NCBI GenBank assembly: GCA_021432655.1
Contig: MU271295.1
Location: 46,657-104,430, forward strand
Length of the DNA stretch: 57,774 bases
Direction of reading: 5' to 3'
DNA from: Atractiella rhizophila
Taxonomy: Eukaryota
Both the position numbers and the translations under genes were made by a program. The notes under the pieces are model-generated. The model saw nothing but the letters and a program-made list of their open reading frames with translations, had not been told where the DNA came from and did not search any database. This document shows, in pieces, positions 50,066-57,774 of this stretch (positions are counted from its first letter, which is position 1; each line of letters opens with the position of its first letter).

Positions 50066-51977
50066 TCACATCTCCTCCTCCCCTTCTTCAACTCCTTCCT
50101 CTCTCTCTTTCTTCTCAAACAGCTCCTCCCTCCCCACCTCCTCTTTCACCTCCTCCCAAACTCTCTCCACCTCCCTCACTGCCCACTCGCCCGTTCCCGA
50201 GACGCCAACCAGTTCCTTTGGATCAGGATACGATCTCACAGGGGTTATCTTGCTCGTCATTTTGTCAAGGTGGTGGTGAGAAAACGTGAGAGGAGAACGT
50301 GGAAGGATGCTGTAGAAGGTTGAGAAGAGAGGAGTGAGATCGGACGGTAAAAGGCGCGTGAGGAATGGGGAGAGGATGGATTGCGCGTTTTGATCCGTGT
50401 GTGTTGGACGGTAGGGATGTTCAAGGTATATTACGTCTGTCAAAATCTCGTCAGACAAAAGGCTAGAGAAAGAGAGAAAGGGAGAAAAGCACATACATTC
50501 TCCCGCAGGTGTGGCATAATTGCTTTGTCCCTCTACGAGCACTGTGCATGCGAACCCGTTCTCCTCTTCAGGAGCAAAAACAAACATTCTCGAATCTTCA
50601 TCTTTCTCACTTGCAGTCCAAAAAGGACGATCAATAATGACAATCCCTCTCGCCATTCTCACCTCCTCCTCTTTCCGTTTCTCCCCCTCCTCTTTAGCAA
50701 GCGAGGACTGCAAAAGTTCTTCGTCCCCAACGATCCTCCCCACCGTCACTTTCACTTTCTCCCTTTCCGCCTCCGCGCCGACCATTCCTGGCAATTCCAC
50801 CTCTACTTCTACCTTCCCCTCTCCGTCCTCACCACTAATCGTCCACCGCGCTTCCAAAACTTGTACTGCTCCTTGAACAGCTGCGGAGCGAGAGAAACCC
50901 TCGACTAGTTCTCCCATCCCACCATAGTTTCCGACAAGGAAGGGAGAGGGAATGGAACCGTATACTCCTATTGAGGTCAGATTGTGGTGTAGCTTGAGAA
51001 GGGAAGGGAGAAGGGGCTCTGTTGTGTTTGCCTTAGAATATTGAAAGAAATGGGAAGAGGAAACACACCTGAGGAGGAAAAGTTGAGGGTTGCTGCGTAG
51101 GCGAGGGATTGGGAGAGGGAGGGAGAGAGGGAGAAGGCGGTTTGGAGGAAGGAGAGGAAAGTTGTGGTTTCATGCCCTGAATACAGATGGAGGTAAATTA
51201 ACAGGTGACCTTTGCAAACTTGGAAGCTAAGCTTGAAGTGAAGGACGACGAGGATACTATTGCATATCAATATGAACTGGACATACAACTTGTTCGCACA
51301 CACATAGACTGTGGCAACATGACAATATTGGAGGTCGTTGCTCCCCAAATCCCTAAATACAAAGTCGACGGCTCACCTAACACCTTCTCATCACTCCCCA
51401 ATCTCTGTCTAGCTTCTTCCATCGTCTCTCTTCTCCTCCCTCGCCCACTCACATGTCCCATTATATCCATCCCCAGCAACCACGCCAAAAACTTTCCAAC
51501 CCTCCTCCGATCCGCATTACTCAAGCTCTGATCCTCAAACACCTCTTCCTTCGCCATCGGGACTTTCGTCCACGTTCCTTCCCCTCCTTCAGCCCGCGTA
51601 GAAGAAGAAAACAAAACGCCTCCAGAGAGTTGAAGGAAAGAAGAGTACTTAGACACTCCGGATGAGATGAGTAATTGGATGATGGGCGAGAGCGAAGGTA
51701 TGATGCTTGGACTAAGGGACAACGCATATCGTTTCTTCAACATGCCTTCCTTGAGACCAGCATCGTGCGCTGTCGTGACCCCTTCTACGCGTCTAGGCGG
51801 ATCCTTGGTCCACTGAATGAGCTCGGGAAGCGAGAGAGAAGCCCATTGCGAGCCATAGAAAGACTGAGGGGAGAGGTGGAGCACAGATGCAGAAGAAGAG
51901 AGGGACGCAGAGAGGATGGATATGGGCAAGGACGAGCCGAGCAGAAGGTAATCGTAAGAAGTATTGGGCAGCGACAT
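50066..51977 (-). CDS. MRS6: Rab escort protein / Rab geranylgeranyltransferase component A (GDI/REP family)
   Basis: YDYLLLGSSLPISILSASLS...VLHLSPQSFYGSQWASLSL, RYALSLSPSII...LISSGVSKYSSF, VPMAKEEVFEDQSLS, YGSIPSPFLVGNYGGMGELVEGFSRSAAVQGAVQVL; acidic tail. Confidence 0.85.
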
Positions 51978-53224
51978 CGAGGAATGCTGATCTCGTTTAG
52001 AGTGTCACGTGATACAGGTGTCCAGCACGGAAATTATCATCTTCAGCAAGACGGGTTTACATTTTGGAGGAAGACAGATTATACGTTGATGATGAAGAGA
52101 TATTCCATGAAACTTTTGGAGTGACTGCTCGTGAGCATCAATTTACTGGCTCGATTCAAAGGTCCTTGCCCCAAGTCTTCGTTGAGCTCTGTGTCGTTTC
52201 CGAACATCCACGCTGGAGATACCTCTTAGTCTTTAGCCCAATTGTTGGTGTTACTTCTGATGTATGGTGTATGTCCCTTGTTTACTAAAGAAATAAAGGA
52301 ATAACTTGGAAAATAACTTTGAAACGTCGAAAGTCAATGTTTTCGCCACTCCGGCCCTTCAAGGAACTGGAGACGTGAGTACGGTCAGCGCTCAAGTTTT
52401 ATATCATTCCCTGTTACCGCCGGCTTAAAGCTCTTTCTATCGCAGTACATGCTGAGGCTACAAGTTTCAAGTTGATGCAGCTTTAGTGCCGTATGGCGTG
52501 TCCCCCGATTTGTTGAATAGGAGGACAACGTTGAGCAAATCATTATGAACGAGCACACTTTCAAAATATTTGATCGGGTTCTTAGTTCGTGCAGAGCAAC
52601 TGGAACTGTATTAATCAATTTAATTGACTTTCCTAGGCGATCCTCAACACTTCTGAAAGGGTGTGTTTTCGTCGGATGCACAGCTCTGTACATCTTACTC
52701 TATACGACATAACGCACGTAGAAAGGTATGTTGAAGAATCCAGAGTCCACACCCATTTGATGATTGTATTCCACTTCCGTCAGCACGGTGTTCGCCCGCG
52801 ATGCTCCGTCTTTCCATTATCGATCAGAAGTCTGACGCGCGAACATAATCAATCAGTGATACCAAAGATATACCAAAGATATACTGACCCCCATTCGACG
52901 AGAGACCAAAGCTCTCTAGTCAGTGCATCATCGGCCAGGGTGCGTCGGGGAAAAAGAAAGTAATGGGTCCCCGAAGCCTTCGCAGACCGACTGCAAAAGT
53001 TGTCTCTCTCATCGCTCGCCGCCATTGATTTGGTCTGTACGGCTGTTCCTGGGACATCAAATTCGGAAACGTATAACCCGCTGACCCAAGACATATCCGA
53101 GTTCGGATTGGCAGAAACTCATGAGAGTGGTGGAGCCTTGCATCGGGTGTTTGGTATAAAAGACGCTTTTTCTCTTTACACACTAACAGCAGCAGAAAGT
53201 ACTTCAGATTCTCTCCAAAGCATT

Positions 53225-54345
53225 ATGGCTCCCAAACAAGTTGCACTCGTCGGCGCCGGGTCTCTCGGTGAGTCTTCCCTCCATTTTAGATACCGACTGA
53301 TATTTTTCAGGATCCATGATCCTTAGGGAACTGCTCAAGGTTCCAGACCTGTACACACCAATTATTCTCACTCGCAAGCCGTCCAGCCGTACAGATGTAC
53401 CTGCCTCGCAAATTCGAGTGATTGACTACACGTCATCTTCCTCTCTCGAAACAGCCCTTCAAGGAGTTTGGGCAGTGATCAACACAGCGGTTCCTTATCC
53501 AGATGGAAGCGACTATTTTGGAGGACAAATGAACCTGATTCATGCCGCTAAGCGAGCCGGAGTGAAGCGATACGTTCCGTCTGAATTCACGGGCAGCAGG
53601 CAGAGCAATAATCTCATTACGGCGTTCAAGATCAAAAATGTGATTGTGGATGAACTAAAGAAGACCTCTTTGGAATGGACGGCGTTCAGAGCCGGTCTCT
53701 ATATGAATCTGTTGGCCTTTGGAAGCAAGAAGGAGAGGGTCATAGAAGATGCATTTGATGGCGTGAGGTGCTTTTGCCCCTTCCTCCGCTCTAACCTTTG
53801 TTCATGACAACATGCCTGCAGACCTTTCGCCATGTATGTCAATATCGGAGAGGGAACTGCCACCATCCCTGGAACTGGTGATGAACCCGTCATCTTCACC
53901 TTAGCACAGGATATCGGGAAAATCGTAGTTCAAGCTCTTGCTCTCGAGAAATGGGAAGAGGATAGTTGGATACCCGGTACAAAATCCACGTATAATGAGG
54001 TCGTGAAGTTAGCTGAGGAGATTACTGGTCCGCTTTTCTCTACGTTTTACTTTCACTATCGTTGATGGAAAAGCAAGGTCGCAAGTTCACGGTGACCTAT
54101 GAGTCTGTGGAAGAGCTCGAGGGGAGGTTAGAAGAGACGAAAAAGGATCCATCCAATTTTATGGCTCAGTTCATGGTTGAGGTAAATGTCTATTCTGTTC
54201 GATACAGTTTTCTAAAAACCATTAGGCTTCTCTTTGCATTATTAAACGGGTCAATGAAACGTACGACGACAAGCTGGTTTCGAAATTGGGTAATCCGGAT
54301 ATCGTGCAGCTTAGGGCTTTCTTGGAACGATGGTGGGGAGCATAA
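53225..54345 (+). CDS. NmrA-like / isoflavone-reductase-like NAD(P)-binding oxidoreductase
   Basis: MAPKQVALVGAGSLG|, DYTSSSSLETALQGV, QMNLIHAAKRAGVKRYVPSEF, LEWTAFRAGLYM, ATIPGTGD...QDIGK, G|RKFTVTY; TATAAAA at 53155-53161. Confidence 0.9.
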
Positions 54346-54551
54346 AGAGTGTGGCTCTCTGTATCCTCAACATCAAACCACGCTTATCCCTATCTTGACT
54401 CAGCAAGCTTTCCACCTGAACAACAGCGTCATGAGTCAAGTGTAACAACCCTTGCCATCGTGACAGTTGCGCTCACTGAACGCATCTTGAATACATATCT
54501 AATCCTACAACCTAAGCACAGCACGCTAAAGTCCGTAAAACCTGCTCTTCC

Positions 54552-55759
54552 TCACTGTTCTACCTTAACGCTGTCAAGCTCAACCACTTTGCCCTCCTTC
54601 TTAGCCTCCTCAGTCTCGCTCACAATCAACGCTTCTTTTTCCTCTGCGTCCCTCGTATTCGCTTGCTTTACCAAGCTTATAGCCCACGTTTGAGCGAAGA
54701 GGACCATTCCTAACCCGCATTAAATCAGCCCTTTCCGGTTCTACACCATTTGGATGAGACGAGAGAAACATACCAAAGTTGATCCACACCCAAACGATTG
54801 CGAAAGGCAAAGCAAGGTGGATCGTTTTATCGGCAAAGAACTCAGCGTAATGTTTATAGTCCTCCCACCCGAGAGGCACCTCGCTGTCGTTCATAGCAAG
54901 CAGAACCAGCGGACTTTGGAGCTCGGGAAGACGAACGAACTGAAGGTAGTAGTATTGATAAGAGATATTGAGGGTGGAATGGATGAATTGGCCCCAGAAG
55001 AGGCCGAGTAGGATTTTAGCCTGAAAGGCAGTGACCTGGGAACGAAAAGAAAGTAGAAGGCTGCCACGAAGCGAGTCAACAAAGGAATAGTCGAAAGGAA
55101 GGAAGACCAACCCGATGAGGTTCACGATGACGAACAAAACATTCGGGGCAACGAGGGAGCGCACGACACCTAATTCCTGAGGAAGCATGCCTGTCCACAA
55201 GACAAATCAAACGCTTTATTAATGCCGCCAAAAAAATACAGACCGAAATCGATTAAAACGACATGGGTTAGAATTGAGAATAGCACGGCCGATACAAAAA
55301 ACACGAGGCGGATAGAGTACGTCGCCAGATAAGTGCCCTCGCTCACTGCCCAAGTAATCTTCTGTTCTGCCTCTAGACGCTCCTCTTTCCTAAGTGTACG
55401 GCACCATGCGCAGACGAGAAAAGTAGCGCCTTCCCGTGAATCAGTGTGAGTGGCCGAGTAATGATCCTCAGAAACGATAGAGGACGCACAAATTTCTAAA
55501 GCCACCTGTCCCCCAGTACGTAGGAGAAAACGCTCTTCAAAAGCCACCACTCCCACAAGCAATAGTTTTCGAGCGTCTTATATTCCTTGGGGACATCATC
55601 GTTGTTCTCTGCATGCCATGGGCACCGATCGATTATAGGTTCGAGGTTCGAGACAGAAGACAAGTAGTCATAGGCCAGGAAGGAGCTGAAGAGTGAAACG
55701 ACCAGATGCGCGAGATAGAGGATTGGTGCGACCCTCGTGTGCGGCATATATCGAGCCAT
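54552..55759 (-). CDS. Hypothetical multi-pass membrane protein
   Basis: ORFs 55496-55759, 55170-55562 and 54610-55200 join through GT-AG introns; several hydrophobic segments; last exon GMVLFAQTWAISLVKQ...VKVEQ*. Confidence 0.62.
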
Positions 55760-55923
55760 GAGCTTGAAGGAGAGTATGAAACTGTTGTTGCCGAGTTAGT
55801 ACGTCGGACTGCAGAGGTTCGAACTCTTTCACTTTGAAGAGCATTTTGCTGCAGGCTTCATGAACAGGGACACACCTTATGATGCCAGCGAAGCAACGAA
55901 TCAAATTTCCGATACAGTGTGCC

Positions 55924-56186
55924 TGTTGAACTGTCGTTGTTACTCTCGCTGATCTGCTTTCACTTTACGCCTCTTTCCGCATTTCGTATTGTTGTTCCGT
56001 CCGCTCCCGTAGTTTACTTCGCATTCTCACCTTACCTGAGGTTCATCTTTTGTCACCATCATTTCTGATGAACCTCAGGTAAGCCCTCCTGTCTTATATA
56101 GTCATGTAATATTCATTGATCTTTTGTCACCATCATTTCTGATGAACCTCAGTCACCATCATTTCTGATGAACCTCAGGTTCAACA
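55924..56186 (+). repeat. 5' LTR (263 bp)
   Basis: Begins TGTTGAAC and ends GTTCAACA (8-bp terminal inverted repeat), directly followed by the PBS; TATA-like TTATATA at ~56094; the preceding 5 bp GTGCC is the predicted target-site duplication. Confidence 0.85.
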
Positions 56187-56198
56187 GGTTATGAGCCC
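56187..56198 (+). other. Primer-binding site complementary to the anticodon region of initiator tRNA-Met
   Basis: GGTTATGAGCCC is the reverse complement of GGGCUCAUAACC in tRNA-iMet, the half-tRNA primer type of copia/Ty5-like elements. Confidence 0.85.
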
Positions 56199-56338
56199 AA
56201 AGGTCCTTACCATACGAATTCACGCCTTCCCGATAAATGCCATCCGCCTTCCATCAACAATCGTAAACAAAGTCAAATAAGCACGACGCGTTACAAGCGA
56301 ACGTCATCGAGTTTATCACGTCTCTCAAATAACTTTTT

Positions 56339-57774
56339 ATGTCAAGATCGCCAAGATCGGACCAGATATCACTGCCAGAAGATCCACTCGCTCAGGGTCT
56401 CGCAACTCCTGAACCATCAACAGCTCCACCTCGTGATCGCAGTCCCGCTCCAGAACCGGAAGAACCCACGATTGTAATCATGGACGCTCTCCCTTCATCT
56501 CCTCCAATTTCCTTCTCTACCCGAAAAATTCCCACGATCTTGGAAGGTCCTAATTATCGCACATGGAAAGAAGATGCTTACGAGACTCTACGCAGCCTAC
56601 AGCTCTGGCTCGTGACGTCCGGCGACGAAAAAGAACCCGTCGAAGGACGCTATGGTGCACACCTTTATCTCTTCGATCAACATTCCATAGCATGGAAGAA
56701 CAGGAATCTTCAGGCATCAGCCCTTATCTACGAGTCTCTTTCGGATGGGATCAAAGCAAGAATAAAGGCGAACGATCTCAAAGAGAAGGCGAAGGAAGCT
56801 TGGGAATGGCTGAAGAAAGAATATGACGCCGCAAACCACCTTTACGCTGTCACTGCCTGGAGCGCTTTCGCACGCACTCACTTTGCTGGCACCACTCCTC
56901 AACATTGGACAGAACATATGGCGCTCCTGGAAAAAAACCTCACAGATTTCATCAAATACGTCGGCGAAGAGCAACTGACACAGGAGACGTGGAAACCAAT
57001 TATCTTCTCTGCCCACCTCCAAGCCACTCTCCCTGACGCCCTCCGCGAAAAGATGAAACCATATTTCTCAGCCCTCCAAGCAACCAAATCATCGCAGGCG
57101 ACATTAGTCGATTTCACACCGGAATGGATCTCCAACACCATCAACACCATCATGCTGGAAGAAGGATTGAGCGAAGTCCAGAAAGCGCAGGAGCAAGCAC
57201 TCGTCGCAAGGTCAGGCACCCCGTCGAGAAACAGTGGGAGCTTGGGAGGCATTGCTGGAAACAGTGGGAGTAACATGGAAAGAGGAAAGAAAGTGGGACC
57301 AAACCGTTTCCCAGCATGCCCCCATTGCCAACTGCGCTCCCACAGTGCTGATCGCTACTGGGAACTTGAAGCAAACCGAAGCGGAGCGCCGTCCTGGTTC
57401 AGATTCAAGGATGGAACGACAAACACAAAGTCAAAATCAAAGGATTCCGCCTCTCCATCGATCGACACTACCTCCGTTCCAGAGAAAGCGAAACTCCTCC
57501 TCAACGTATCCGATTTCAGTTCCGACTTTGCAACTGCACCACCCGTCAACTCCGCCTTCTCCATTCACGATCAAGCTCGCCTTGTGGAAGAAGTCGATAC
57601 CGCCAACCTGTCCTTTGACAAATCCAGGACCGCCGCAATCGACTCAGCATGCACCTCACACGTCTTTCCAATCGATTACATCTTCGACCAACATACTCAC
57701 AACGGATCAATTGAAGTTGCTGATGGAAGGGTGATTTCAATTTCTACAAAGGGGTCCGCAACGTACGAAACAAA
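56339..57774 (+). CDS. Copia-type gag-pol polyprotein (gag, zinc knuckle, aspartic protease), open to the window end
   Basis: Not in the ORF track because it has no stop within the window. LEGPNYRTWK...LQLW...ASALIYESLSD...AKEAWEWLKKEY (copia gag), knuckle CPHCQLRSHSADRYW, protease IDSACTSHV followed by IEVADGRVI...KGS. Confidence 0.9.
   Translation, partial: MSRSPRSDQISLPEDPLAQGLATPEPSTAPPRDRSPAPEPEEPTIVIMDALPSSPPISFSTRKIPTILEGPNYRTWKEDAYETLRSLQLWLVTSGDEKEPVEGRYGAHLYLFDQHSIAWKNRNLQASALIYESLSDGIKARIKANDLKEKAKEAWEWLKKEYDAANHLYAVTAWSAFARTHFAGTTPQHWTEHMALLEKNLTDFIKYVGEEQLTQETWKPIIFSAHLQATLPDALREKMKPYFSALQATKSSQATLVDFTPEWISNTINTIMLEEGLSEVQKAQEQALVARSGTPSRNSGSLGGIAGNSGSNMERGKKVGPNRFPACPHCQLRSHSADRYWELEANRSGAPSWFRFKDGTTNTKSKSKDSASPSIDTTSVPEKAKLLLNVSDFSSDFATAPPVNSAFSIHDQARLVEEVDTANLSFDKSRTAAIDSACTSHVFPIDYIFDQHTHNGSIEVADGRVISISTKGSATYET

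Larger units (their letters stand above)
55924..57774 (+). mobile_element. Ty1/copia LTR retrotransposon, 5' portion (truncated by window end)
   Basis: 5' LTR with TG...CA ends, immediately adjacent PBS, and an uninterrupted gag-protease ORF. Confidence 0.93.

Noticed and set aside
54700..55510. Apparent frameshifts and stops in the membrane-protein gene
   Set aside because: Frame-restoring GT-AG introns are present at each break.
56045..56178. CRISPR-like array of three ~27-34-bp repeats
   Set aside because: Spacing is irregular (one ~40-nt gap, one zero gap), the repeats lie inside a eukaryotic LTR, and there are no cas genes.
56563..57740. ORF-track entries over the retrotransposon
   Set aside because: Off-frame shadows; the real frame starts at 56339 and has no stop within the window.
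1..57774. rRNA, tRNA, snRNA or telomerase-RNA genes; secondary-metabolite cluster
   Set aside because: No recognisable structural RNA or CTAACCCT template seen by eye (small RNAs could be missed); no PKS/NRPS/terpene backbone gene, and the genes are functionally unrelated housekeeping loci.

Overview
Gene-dense, intron-rich eukaryotic DNA. Many short (~45-65 nt) GT-AG introns and the gene content point to a fungus, probably a basidiomycete (inference). About 25 protein-coding genes can be reconstructed. The recognisable ones are an acid lipase/sterol esterase, a ZIP zinc transporter, SDA1, a paxillin-like LIM protein, a PNPOx-like FMN-binding protein, an atypical Hsp20, tRNA isopentenyltransferase MOD5, tubulin cofactor C, an MCT-type MFS transporter, a very large class-2 DYRK kinase, an F-box protein, VTA1, a Rad5/16-type SNF2-RING helicase, a NADAR protein, the Rab escort protein and an NmrA-like reductase; several others are hypothetical. 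The window ends inside a Ty1/copia LTR retrotransposon (5' LTR, half-tRNA-iMet PBS, gag-protease). The most notable oddities are: (i) SDA1 needs a -1 frameshift exactly at an in-phase A_AAA_AAC slippery heptamer, and a second gene needs one at a G10 run (programmed frameshift versus long-read homopolymer error; error is the more likely reading); (ii) an ~860-bp tandem duplication with a poly-A junction directly upstream of the DYRK kinase; (iii) a 741-nt intron in the lipase gene; (iv) a hairpin plus triple repeat inside the LTR; (v) an Hsp20 with a long N-terminal extension, an RVxF motif and a gap-type HSE. All exon boundaries were inferred by eye and no database searches were run.
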